Of a stretch of DNA of 64,000 bases, positions 18,156-26,664 are shown piece after piece. The notes beneath the pieces were generated by a model. That model did no database searches. It was given only the letters and a program-made list of their open reading frames with translations, and had not been told where the DNA came from. Position 1 is the first letter of the stretch. Each line of letters begins with the position of its first letter. Origin of the DNA: an uncultured Actinomycetes bacterium (GTDB lineage: Bacteria > Actinomycetota > Thermoleophilia > Gaiellales > JAICJC01); contig CAVPLP010000002.1 in the NCBI GenBank assembly GCA_963706075.1, positions 172,616-236,615 of the forward strand. Reading direction: 5' to 3'. A program made the position numbers and the translations under genes.

Positions 18156-19733
18156 ATGCACACCATTGACATCGCACGTGCACGCACCGCCGCAAGCCGC
18201 AGGTGGTGGACGCTGGCGGCCGTCTGCACGGGCGTCTTCATGCTGCTCCTCGACATCACGATCGTGAACGTGGCGCTGCCCGACATCGAGCGGGCGTTCG
18301 GCGCGTCGCTTTCGGATCTCCAGTGGGTGATCAGCGCGTACGCCCTGACGCTCGCCGCGTTCCTCCTCACTGCCGGCTCGCTGGCCGACCTGTACGGCCG
18401 GCGGCGGCTCTTCGCGCTCGGCATCGTGATCTTCACCGTGGGGTCATTGTGCTGCGGCGTCGCCACCGGCTCGCTGTTCCTTGCGATCGCTCGCGGCGGC
18501 CAGGGCGTCGGAGGCGCGATCATGTTCGCGACCTCGCTCGCGCTGCTCGCCCAGACGTTCCAGGGGCGTGACCGCGGCATGGCGCTCGGGCTCTTCGGCG
18601 CCATCACCGGCGTCGCCCTCGCGATCGGCCCGGTGCTCGGCGGAGCGATCACGACGGGCCTTTCCTGGCGCTGGATCTTCTACGTCAACGTCCCGATCGG
18701 GATCGTCGCGCTCGCGATGACGCTGCTCTGCGTCGACGAGTCGCGAAACCCCGACGCCAGCCGGCCCGACTGGGCAGGATGCGTCACCTTCAGCGGCGGC
18801 CTCGCGGCGCTCGTGTACGGCCTGATCCAGAGCCAGAGCGACGGCTGGAGCTCGACCACCGTGATCGCAGCGCTCGCGGCCAGCGCCGCGCTTCTGGCGG
18901 TGTTCATCGCCGTCGAGCGCATCCAGGCCGAGCCGATGCTCGACCTCGGCCTGCTGCGCCTGCCCACGTTCGTCGGCGGGCTCGCGGCGGCATGGGCGGT
19001 GTCGGCCGCGCTTCTCTCGATGCTCACGTACCTGATCATCTACATGCAGAACAGCCTCGGCCTCTCGGCTGTCGACACGGGCATCCGCTTCCTCCCGCTG
19101 ACGGTTGCCATCTTCATCACCGCGGGCATCGCCGGCCGGTTGACCTCGCGGGTGCCGCGCCGGGCGCTCATCTCGGTGGGCTTCCTGCTGACCGGGGCCG
19201 GCCTCATGCTCATGCGGGGCCTCGAGCCGTCCTCGGACTGGACACACCTGCTTCCGGGGATGATCGTCGGCGGCATCGGCACCGGCCTGGTGAGCACGCC
19301 GCTCATCTCGACCGCGGTCGGCGTCGTCGAGCCCGCCAGGGCGGGGATGGCGTCGGGCATCAACTCGACCCTGCGCCAGGTCGGCATCGCGACGGGTGTG
19401 GCGGGCCTCGGCACCATCCTCTCGTCTCAGGTGCGCACGTCGGTGGTCGACACGCTGAGCGGCGGGCCGCTCGCCGTGCATGCGCACGGGCTCGCCCACA
19501 CGATCTCGTCCGGCGGCGCCCGGCACGCGATCGCGTCGACGCCCGCTCCGCTGCGCGGCCTCGTCGCGACGACCGCCCGCTCGGCGCTCGTCGACGGCCT
19601 GAACACGATCCTCCTCGTCGCTGCCTGCGTCGCCTTCGTCGCGGCCGTGGTGTCGTTCGTGCTGATCCGCGAGCGCGACTTCGTGGTGGCCGAGGTGGAT
19701 GAGGCCCCGGCTGAGTTGGCGGTGGCGGCATGA
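18156..19733 (+). CDS. MFS transporter, DHA2 (EmrB/QacA, 14-TMS) family
   Basis: Typical DHA2 N-terminus LLDITIVNVALPDI and LADLYGRRR. The ATG at 18156 is preceded by GAAAGGA. Confidence 0.85.
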   Translation: MHTIDIARARTAASRRWWTLAAVCTGVFMLLLDITIVNVALPDIERAFGASLSDLQWVISAYALTLAAFLLTAGSLADLYGRRRLFALGIVIFTVGSLCCGVATGSLFLAIARGGQGVGGAIMFATSLALLAQTFQGRDRGMALGLFGAITGVALAIGPVLGGAITTGLSWRWIFYVNVPIGIVALAMTLLCVDESRNPDASRPDWAGCVTFSGGLAALVYGLIQSQSDGWSSTTVIAALAASAALLAVFIAVERIQAEPMLDLGLLRLPTFVGGLAAAWAVSAALLSMLTYLIIYMQNSLGLSAVDTGIRFLPLTVAIFITAGIAGRLTSRVPRRALISVGFLLTGAGLMLMRGLEPSSDWTHLLPGMIVGGIGTGLVSTPLISTAVGVVEPARAGMASGINSTLRQVGIATGVAGLGTILSSQVRTSVVDTLSGGPLAVHAHGLAHTISSGGARHAIASTPAPLRGLVATTARSALVDGLNTILLVAACVAFVAAVVSFVLIRERDFVVAEVDEAPAELAVAA

Positions 19734-21070
19734 AGCCCGAATCGCCACATCGAGTTGTCGTCGTCGGCGGCGGCTTTGGGGGCCTGAAGGCGGTGCGCGG
19801 CCTACGCCGCGCACCCGTCGAGGTCACCCTCGTCGACCGGCAGAACTTCATGCTCTTCCAGCCGCTCGTGTACCAGGTCGCGACGGGCGCGCTCTCGCCC
19901 GCCGAGATCGCCACGCCTCTTCGAGTGATCCTGAGAAGGCAGCGGAACGCCCGCGTCGTGCAGGCAGAGGCCACGGGCTTCGACCTCGAACGGCGCGAGG
20001 TGCTTCTCGACCACCTGCCCAACGGCGGCGGGCCGGCGACGCTCGGCTACGACACGCTGATCGTCGCCGGCGGCTCGCGGTACTCCTACTTCGGGCATGA
20101 GGAGTGGCGCACGCATGCGCCCGAGCTGAAGTCGCTCGCCGGCGCGCTCGACATCCGAAGCCGCGTTCTCGGGGCGTTCGAGGCCGCAGAGGTCGAGCCC
20201 GACCCTGTGCGACGCCAGAGCTGGCTCACCTTCGTGGTCGTCGGCGCAGGCCCGACCGGCGTCGAGATGGCCGGGCAGATCGCGGAGCTGGCGCACGACG
20301 CGCTGCGGCGGGACTTCCGCTGGGTCGACACCACACGGGCGCGCGTGCTGCTCGTCGAGGCCGCGGACCGCGTCCTGGCGGGCTTCCCCGAGCAGCTCTC
20401 GCGGAGGGCATCGCGCTCCCTCGAAGGGCTCGGCGTCACGCCGCTCGCCCGCCACACGGTGGTCGACGTGACGGCAGACTCGGTCGCGATCGAGAGCCGC
20501 GACGGCGCCCTCGAGCGGGTTGGCGCCCGTACGGCGATCTGGGCCGCCGGCGTCACGGCTTCGGGGCTCGCTGCGAAGCTCGCCGACGAGGCGGGGCTCG
20601 ATGTCGACCGTGCGGGGCGCCTCTCCGTTGAACCCGGCCTCACGCTGCCGGGCCACCCGGAGGTGTTCGCGATCGGCGACATGGTGCGGGTGCAGACGCC
20701 CGACGGCAGCGGGACGCTCCCCGGGCTCGCCCCTGTGGCCATGCAGCAGGGCCACTACGCCGCCGGCGTGATTCGCAGCCGCCTGCGCGGCCGCGCCAAC
20801 GCCCCGTTCCGGTACATCGACAAGGGCAACCTGGCGACCATCGGGCGGTCGAGGGCGGTTGCCGACGTGAAGGGCGTCCGGCTCTCGGGCTTCGTTGCGT
20901 GGGCGATCTGGCTCCTCGTGCACCTCGTGTACCTGAGCGGCTTTCAGAACCGGCTGCTCGTCTTCGTGCGCTGGACGATCAGCTTCCTCACCCGCGGGCG
21001 GGGTGCGCGGTTGATCACCGCCCCGCCTGCGGCGGACCGGCCTTCGATCAGCGTCGCTGGGGCCGAGTAG
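19730..21070 (+). CDS. ndh: Type II NADH:quinone oxidoreductase (NDH-2)
   Basis: VVVVGGGFGGL and VVVGAGPTGVEMAG dinucleotide folds. ATGA overlap with the MFS stop codon. Confidence 0.88.
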   Translation: MKPESPHRVVVVGGGFGGLKAVRGLRRAPVEVTLVDRQNFMLFQPLVYQVATGALSPAEIATPLRVILRRQRNARVVQAEATGFDLERREVLLDHLPNGGGPATLGYDTLIVAGGSRYSYFGHEEWRTHAPELKSLAGALDIRSRVLGAFEAAEVEPDPVRRQSWLTFVVVGAGPTGVEMAGQIAELAHDALRRDFRWVDTTRARVLLVEAADRVLAGFPEQLSRRASRSLEGLGVTPLARHTVVDVTADSVAIESRDGALERVGARTAIWAAGVTASGLAAKLADEAGLDVDRAGRLSVEPGLTLPGHPEVFAIGDMVRVQTPDGSGTLPGLAPVAMQQGHYAAGVIRSRLRGRANAPFRYIDKGNLATIGRSRAVADVKGVRLSGFVAWAIWLLVHLVYLSGFQNRLLVFVRWTISFLTRGRGARLITAPPAADRPSISVAGAE

Positions 21071-21079
21071 CATGGCCGC

Positions 21080-21679
21080 GTGTCGGGCTCATACGAGATG
21101 CTTGACGAGACGGTGCTCAGTCCTCGCCTCGCGCTGATCGCCCTGCCCGGGCCGGTCATCGATGAGGTGATCGGCGGCGGACACGGGGCGTTTCTCGAGC
21201 TCACCGGAGTCGGGTACCCAGCCGAGTGGCCGACGGAAGATCGTCACGTGCTCGGGCTCCGCAAGCGCCAGATCAGCGAGGGCGACGACTACCGGTGGCT
21301 GCTGCGCGCCGTGGTGACGCGCAGCCACCCGACCATGGTTGGCCGGGTCGGCTTCCACGGACCGCCGGACGCGGACGGAGTTGTCGAGATCGGATACAGG
21401 ATCGACTCCGCGTTCAGGCGTCGGGGCTTCGGGTTCGAGTGCGCGGCGCGGCTGATCGAGGCGGCCGAGCGACTTCAGGCGGTCACGGCCGTGCGAGCGT
21501 CAATCGCCCCGGAGAACGAGCCGTCGCTCCGGATCGCGAAGCGGCTGGGGTTCCGCCGGATCGGCGAGCAGATGGACGAGATCGACGGCTTGGAGCTTGT
21601 GTTCGAGCGGAAAGCAGAAGCCACCCCCGGTCGCGCTATCCCGGGAAGACCGTCGTCCAGTCGTCCTTCATCGGGATGA
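21080..21679 (+). CDS. GNAT family N-acetyltransferase (RimJ/RimL-like)
   Basis: 199 aa with IGYRIDSAFRRRGFGFE. Confidence 0.8.
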   Translation: MSGSYEMLDETVLSPRLALIALPGPVIDEVIGGGHGAFLELTGVGYPAEWPTEDRHVLGLRKRQISEGDDYRWLLRAVVTRSHPTMVGRVGFHGPPDADGVVEIGYRIDSAFRRRGFGFECAARLIEAAERLQAVTAVRASIAPENEPSLRIAKRLGFRRIGEQMDEIDGLELVFERKAEATPGRAIPGRPSSSRPSSG

Positions 21680-21681
21680 CG

Positions 21682-21702
21682 GGTTGGCTCTAGGAGCCAG
21701 CC
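21682..21702. terminator. Weak hairpin between convergent genes
   Basis: GGTTGGCTC-TAG-GAGCCAGCC. No U-tract follows. Confidence 0.3.
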
Positions 21703-21720
21703 GCACAACAGCGGGTCGCG

Positions 21721-21912
21721 CTACTCCTTTCCGCCGCCCACTTCTTGTTGCAGTACCTGGGCCGGCCGCCCGCAGCTCGGGCAGTAGGCGGTCGCCCAGA
21801 GCGATGGGTCATCGATCCTGAGGGCGTTGCCGTCGATCGTCATCACCCGCGTGATCTCGTAGTCGTGACCACAGGCTGAGCACCTGATCGTGCGTATCTG
21901 CTCCGTCGCCAT
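21721..21912 (-). CDS. Small zinc-ribbon protein (63 aa)
   Basis: MATEQIRTIRCSACGH...YCPSCGRP. An AGGGAGG Shine-Dalgarno sequence lies upstream of the ATG at 21912. Confidence 0.5.
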   Translation of the reverse strand: MATEQIRTIRCSACGHDYEITRVMTIDGNALRIDDPSLWATAYCPSCGRPAQVLQQEVGGGKE

Positions 21913-22082
21913 CTGACGCCTCCCTCTCGTCGATCCGCTGGGGGCCGTTCGACCCACCTCACGGCCCGGTTCGTTGGTAACACCCTGTGCTAGTCTTTCA
22001 GTGCGTGGCCCGATCCCTGCCCCGCCTCGCCTGACCCTAACAGCTCGGTCATCCTGTTTGTGTCTTGCTTGGAGGCCGGCAA

Positions 22083-22166
22083 ATGTTTGAAGTCATCGGA
22101 ATCGTTGCCATCGTCCTCGTTGCGCTTTACGTGATGCGCGACCGATTGCCGCAGCTTCGGCGGTGA
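22083..22166 (+). CDS. 27-aa hydrophobic mini-protein
   Basis: MFEVIGIVAIVLVALYVMRDRLPQLRR. A GGAGG lies 7 nt upstream of the ATG, and the stop overlaps the next start (GTGA). It is below the ORF-track size cutoff. Confidence 0.4.
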   Translation: MFEVIGIVAIVLVALYVMRDRLPQLRR

Positions 22167-22438
22167 ATCGCGCCGCGGAACGGCTCGCCGTGACGACACC
22201 GGTGCTCGCCGCGTTTGCGCTCTTTGGCCTCGGCTCAGGATCCGCACTGGCGACGAGTACAACACCGGCTTCGAATCAGTACGGCGGTGGAGACGTTCTC
22301 GGCGAAGCCACCGGTGGGTCGCTGCCGTTCACCGGCATCAACCTCATCGTGCTGCTCGGATTGGGTCTCTGCATGGTCGCCGTCGGCGTCGCCGTTCGAC
22401 GTGCCTCTCGTCGTACCGTTTCCAACTCGCACCGGTAG
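22163..22438 (+). CDS. Very small LPXTG cell-wall-anchor protein (91 aa)
   Basis: It has a signal peptide (VLAAFALFGLGSGSALA), an exposed part of only about 25 aa, the sorting signal LPFTG, a hydrophobic segment, and an RRASRR tail. Confidence 0.6.
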   Translation: MNRAAERLAVTTPVLAAFALFGLGSGSALATSTTPASNQYGGGDVLGEATGGSLPFTGINLIVLLGLGLCMVAVGVAVRRASRRTVSNSHR

Positions 22439-22451
22439 TCACGGCCCGGCG

Positions 22452-23936
22452 ATGGGTGTCGTTTCGAAATCGGGGTTCGAAGACTCTGCCGGCGATCGCC
22501 AGAGCAAGCGCGAGCATGACCTCGAGGAGAGGATCAGCGACCTCGAGGTCGTGCTCGCGCAATCTCAGGGCGCCTCGAGACGCCTTGAGCGCGAGGCGGA
22601 TGCCGATCCGCTAACCGGGCTCGCAAATCATCGCGCGTTTCACATGCGGCTTGCCACCGAGGTCGAGCGCGCGCAGCGATACGGCCGTCCGCTGTCGCTC
22701 GCCTGCCTGGATGTCGACGGGTTCAAGGATGTGAACGATCAGTTCGGTCACCAGGCCGGCGACAAGGTGCTGAGAGAGGTCGCCGCTCGGCTCACCACTG
22801 TCGCGCGCGCCGCGGATCTTGTGGCGCGGATCGGGGGCGACGAGTTCGCAATCCTGCTCCCCGAGACCACCGCCGAGGCGGCGGAGGCGGTGGCGCGGCG
22901 CGCCCACGAGCTGATCCGAGTTGATCTCGCCGGGCCCGGCCCGAGCGTCACCGTCTCGATCGGGATCTGCGATCTCGAGCATGCGTCGAACGCAGACGCG
23001 TTGGTGGGCTTCGCAGACGGCGCCTTGTACTGGGCGAAGGATCACGGCCGCGACGCCGTGTGGCGCTACCGGCCTGAGGCCGTGGAGGATGCGTCACAGT
23101 ACGATCGCGCGGCGCGGCTCGCCCGCAACCAGACGTTGGGTGGAATCCGGGCGCTGGCCCGGGCGGTCGACGCCAAGGATCACTCCACGCAGCTGCACTC
23201 CGAGCGGGTCGCCAAGCTGTCCAAGCGCCTCGCCGTGGCGCTCGGCTGGTCCGCCCGCCGCGCGGTCGCGCTGCACGAGACCGCACTGATTCACGACGTC
23301 GGAAAGCTCGCTCTCCCCAACGCCCTCCTCTTCACGCCGCGCCGGCTCACCGCCGCCGAATACGACACGGTGAAGACCCATGCATCGCTTGGAGCGCAGA
23401 TCGCCGGCGAGGTGTTGAGCAGTGAGCAACTCGGGTGGCTTCGCGGCCACCACGAGCGCGTCGACGGCGACGGCTATCCAGACGGCCTGGCGGGCGAGGC
23501 CATCCCGGACGGCGCGCGCCTGCTGGCGCTTGCCGATAGCTGGGATGTGATGACCAGTGAGCGCCCCTACTCACGAGCCATGCGGCCCGGCGAGGCGCTT
23601 GACGAGTGCCGGCGGTGTACCGGCAGCCAGTTCTTCGTCGAGCCGGTCGAGATCCTGGTCGCTCCGGCATTCGAGCGCACATTGCGGATCTTCGCCAACG
23701 AGCAGGCTGCCCGCAGCGGGGACGAGAGCGGGCTTGCCGACGACGCGAGCCGGATGTTAACCCTGCGCTGCGAGTGCGGCACCCACGACTGCGCAGGCCC
23801 GGTGAATGTCCCGGCAGGCGAGTATCGCGCGATCCGCGCCCACGACCGGCGCCACTTCGTGCGTCACGGACACGAGCTTTCTGACGAACGCGTCCTGATC
23901 ACAAACGCGGGCTACAGCGTCGTGGAACGACGCTAG
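22452..23936 (+). CDS. GGDEF diguanylate cyclase / HD-GYP phosphodiesterase fusion with a C-terminal CECG-motif domain
   Basis: RAAD-x5-GGDEF gives an intact I-site and A-site. HDVGK and HHERVDGDGYP are also present. The C-terminal 60 aa read LRCECGTHDCAGPV...EYRAIRAH...GHE...YSVVERR. The start ATG at 22452 reads MGVVSK. Confidence 0.88.
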   Translation: MGVVSKSGFEDSAGDRQSKREHDLEERISDLEVVLAQSQGASRRLEREADADPLTGLANHRAFHMRLATEVERAQRYGRPLSLACLDVDGFKDVNDQFGHQAGDKVLREVAARLTTVARAADLVARIGGDEFAILLPETTAEAAEAVARRAHELIRVDLAGPGPSVTVSIGICDLEHASNADALVGFADGALYWAKDHGRDAVWRYRPEAVEDASQYDRAARLARNQTLGGIRALARAVDAKDHSTQLHSERVAKLSKRLAVALGWSARRAVALHETALIHDVGKLALPNALLFTPRRLTAAEYDTVKTHASLGAQIAGEVLSSEQLGWLRGHHERVDGDGYPDGLAGEAIPDGARLLALADSWDVMTSERPYSRAMRPGEALDECRRCTGSQFFVEPVEILVAPAFERTLRIFANEQAARSGDESGLADDASRMLTLRCECGTHDCAGPVNVPAGEYRAIRAHDRRHFVRHGHELSDERVLITNAGYSVVERR

Positions 23937-23953
23937 CGCCGTATTTGCGAATC

Positions 23954-23988
23954 GTGGAGAGCGGCCGTGTAGCACGGCCGCCCTCCAC
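23954..23988. terminator. Bidirectional terminator hairpin
   Basis: GTGGAGAGCGGCCGTG-TAG-CACGGCCGCCCTCCAC lies between convergent stops at 23936 and 23999. Confidence 0.6.
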
Positions 23989-23998
23989 GTGCGCCTAC

Positions 23999-24286
23999 CT
24001 AGTGAGCGACCAGTTCTCCGGCCGTCTCATGCGGCTTGGTCATGAACGGGAGGTTCTCGCGAACCCACTTCTGCGCCACGTCGCTCGACGCCTGCGCCTC
24101 GGTACGGCTGTCGAAGACGCTGATCGACGCAACCTTGCCGTCGGTGCCCTCGTGCTTCAGCAACTCGTAGGAGACAAACCCGGGCGACTCCTGCAAGATG
24201 GTGCGGAGGCCCGCGTTGGCCTTGCGTGTTGCCTCATCGAGATTCTCAACGCTGAGGCCCTCATACGTGCGGATCAGGGCAAACAT
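23999..24286 (-). CDS. ABM (antibiotic biosynthesis monooxygenase-like, dimeric alpha/beta barrel) domain protein
   Basis: MFALIRTYEG...VSYELLK...SISVFDSRTEAQ. A GGAAGGGAG Shine-Dalgarno sequence precedes the ATG at 24286. Confidence 0.65.
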   Translation of the reverse strand: MFALIRTYEGLSVENLDEATRKANAGLRTILQESPGFVSYELLKHEGTDGKVASISVFDSRTEAQASSDVAQKWVRENLPFMTKPHETAGELVAH

Positions 24287-24541
24287 ATCCTGCTCCCTTC
24301 CTCGTGTCACAGGGCGTTTGGCCACGTCATAACTCTCCTCAGAGGCTTACCCTGTACGCCTCGAGGAATATGTGGCCTTGAATGCTTCAAGCTCCGCCAA
24401 CACGTAACGGTTGGCTCTACCGCTTGATGCCTGCCCTTAGAGCTGAACCAGCGGCCGCACTAGAACTTACGCTTAGCGGCCTGCCACAGGAAGGGCACTG
24501 GGGACCACTCTATCACGTTCGGTCGCGAGCCTCGGCAGTCG

Positions 24542-25234
24542 TCAGCCGGCGGGCTCGGCGACGTCTGGATTGCGAGGGAGGAGACGGTGCCCGTCGACGA
24601 CCGCGTCGGCGATGGCAGTGAGCTTGCGATTGTTACTTCGAGCGTGGGTGCGCAGCATCTCGAAGGCACTCTCCTCATCGATCGCATGACGTTCCATCAG
24701 AATCCCTTTCGCACGCTCGATCAGCGCCCGCCGGCCGAACGCACCCTCGAGGTTCTGGAACTCGGCAAAGCGGCGTAGGACGATTGCGAGCGAATCCTGC
24801 AACTGGTCCGCCTCTGCACTGGTGATATACGCGAAGACACCGCGTTTGGCCGCCTCGGTGACAAACGCGTGATCGTCGGTCTCGAGGAGCGCGATCACCG
24901 GGCACGCCGCCTGGCGGACGATCTCGCCGATCAACTCGAGAGCGTGGTCTGAGCTGTCACCGAGACCGACCAACGCCACATCCGGTCGCTCCCTCGACGT
25001 GACGGCCGCCACCTCGGTCACCTCGATCGAGCGGGCGATCACCTCGTGTCCGAGCGAGATCACGATCGTGGTCACATGATCGAGGCGCTCCGGCCGCTGA
25101 TTGGCGACCAGGACGCGGAGATGCTCGGGCTCGGGGAGGGAACTCAAGGATTGATCAGCTCGTTCGGGACTCAGTGTACGCCCTGGCGCTATCGCAAGCC
25201 TGCGTCGAGAGGAGCGCCGCCTTCGTTTTCCCAC
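24542..25234 (-). CDS. ANTAR-domain RNA-binding regulator with a degenerate (pseudo-)receiver domain
   Basis: The C-terminus RALIERAKGILMERHAIDEESAFEMLRTHARSNNRKL matches ANTAR. The receiver-like N-terminus lacks the usual acidic pocket (VLVANQRPE in place of the DD pair). Confidence 0.8.
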   Translation of the reverse strand: MGKRRRRSSRRRLAIAPGRTLSPERADQSLSSLPEPEHLRVLVANQRPERLDHVTTIVISLGHEVIARSIEVTEVAAVTSRERPDVALVGLGDSSDHALELIGEIVRQAACPVIALLETDDHAFVTEAAKRGVFAYITSAEADQLQDSLAIVLRRFAEFQNLEGAFGRRALIERAKGILMERHAIDEESAFEMLRTHARSNNRKLTAIADAVVDGHRLLPRNPDVAEPAG

Positions 25235-25271
25235 CGTCGGGGGTGGTTCGAACGAGAGAGAACCCCCGACG
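25235..25271. other. Perfect 10-bp stem hairpin directly upstream of the ANTAR gene start
   Basis: CGTCGGGGGT-N17-ACCCCCGACG lies between the UPF0104 stop (25400) and the GTG at 25234. Confidence 0.4.
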
Positions 25272-25399
25272 GACGTCCGCCGAGGGTTCTCAAGGCTCCA
25301 TGACGGACGTGTCGCGCTCCGGTCAGGGCGTCTTCCTAAAGCCGTAGCAGGCGGGCGAGTGGCCCGTCGGGGGCGACTTCTTCGCTGACCGGTATTGTA

Positions 25400-26330
25400 T
25401 CACTCATCACGAGCGCTGGAGCCCGCGCGGCCGCGGCCCTCACGGCTCACCAGGTGGCGGGTCGCTGTCCAGCCGATCGTGGTCCAGAGCAGCACGAAGC
25501 CGAGCACCACGTCCCACGCCGTCAGGATCAATTGCTGGCCGAGGGAGTACGCCGTGACGACGTGTGCGGGGGCGTAATTCCGCAGCGCGACCGACGCCAG
25601 CGCTTGCTGGGTGCCAACGCCCCCGGGGGTTGCTGCAAATGTCGTCGAGATCGAGTTGACGGCGGTGATGAGGAGGACGGCGCGAGCTGACACGGGCACG
25701 TCGTAGGCGTACATGAACGTGGTCGTCACGGCCATCCGCGTCACGTAGGAGGCGACCTCCACCGCAAGCACCTGACTCGCATAGCGGCGCGGGGTGCGCG
25801 AGGATTGCGGCGCCTTCCTGAGCGGCGGCCAGCCCGTCGCGGAATCGGCGACCGAGCACCCAGGCGACGATCGCGACCACCACCACGGCGCCGACGCCAA
25901 GCAGGAGATGGTTGGTGAGCCATCCGGCCTTGAGGTCAAACGCCCCCGGCCGACTGACGACGAGGACGATGCCCACGAGTGCGCCGACGAGGAGGAAGAA
26001 GGCGTTCTGCACCACGCCGGCGCCGACCACGCCGAGCACCGTGGAGCCGCGGATCTCCGCCCGCAGAAGGCCGAGCATCGCCACCGTGCCCGCTTGCGCG
26101 GGCAAGATCGCGTTCAGCGCGATGCCACCCCCGTACGCGCCGAGGATCGGCCTGAACCCCGCACCGCCCCGCGGATACGCCGCGACGAGGATGTTCCGCC
26201 AGGCGAACGCGTTCAGGAGCGTCTCGCAGGTGTGGAGCGCGAGCGCCAGGAGCAGGAGTGGGAGCGAGATCGACCTGATCTGATCGAAGACATCGCGGAC
26301 CCAGCCGGCAATGCTCCCGGCGACGTCCAC
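25400..26330 (-). pseudogene. UPF0104 / lysylphosphatidylglycerol-synthase-TM-region (flippase-like) membrane protein, +1 frameshift near 25799
   Basis: The N-terminal 177 aa are in ORF 25440..26330. The continuation RTPRRYASQVLAVEVASYVTRMAV...TPGGVGTQQALA is in ORF 25400..25939. Confidence 0.7.
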
Positions 26331-26499
26331 GAGCTACTCGCCTTCCCCTACGCCACGCATCCGATCATTCTCGACGTTACAGCGGTGTCCTCGGTATTAT
26401 GTCCTCTAACGGTATATAGCGTATTGCATATAGGCCATAGAACTGATAGGGTGGACCCACCACGACCGACGAACCACGACCCCAAGGAATGAGAGATCC

Positions 26500-26646
26500 A
26501 TGCAGCCCCCCGTTACCGCCCCCCTGACGAACGCAGAGCGCAACGGCCATTCCGGCGCGACGCCTGAGGAATGCCCACTCTGCGCACCCCTGCTCCACGT
26601 GATGGCAGACATGGCCAGCGTTCTTCGCGAGGACGAGCGCCGCTAG
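26500..26646 (+). CDS. Small hypothetical ORF (48 aa) just upstream of the recombinase gene
   Basis: MQPPVTAPLTNAERNGHSGATPEECPLCAPLLHVMADMASVLREDERR ends 18 nt before the recombinase start. No homology recognised. Confidence 0.2.
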   Translation: MQPPVTAPLTNAERNGHSGATPEECPLCAPLLHVMADMASVLREDERR

Positions 26647-26664
26647 ACGCCAGACGCCACTCCG

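Noticed and set aside
22464-22480. The palindrome TCGAAATCGGGGTTCGA as a second LexA box.
   Set aside because: Its arms are separated by 7 nt, not 4, the GAAC half-site is degenerate (GAAA), and it lies inside the GGDEF coding sequence.
24305-24328. A second ECF41-like promoter (TGTCACA ... CGTC) near the ABM gene.
   Set aside because: The spacer is 13 nt, not 16 +/- 1. The motif also lies antisense, just upstream of the ABM gene start codon.
24287-24541. A canonical ANTAR target (two hairpins with A/G-conserved hexaloops) in the leader next to the ANTAR gene.
   Set aside because: The two hairpins present have 8-nt and 3-nt loops and do not fit the hexaloop consensus.
25241-25262. A GGTTCGAAC string suggesting a tRNA T-arm.
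   Set aside because: It is the loop region of a simple 10-bp hairpin. No acceptor stem, anticodon arm or cloverleaf can be drawn around it.
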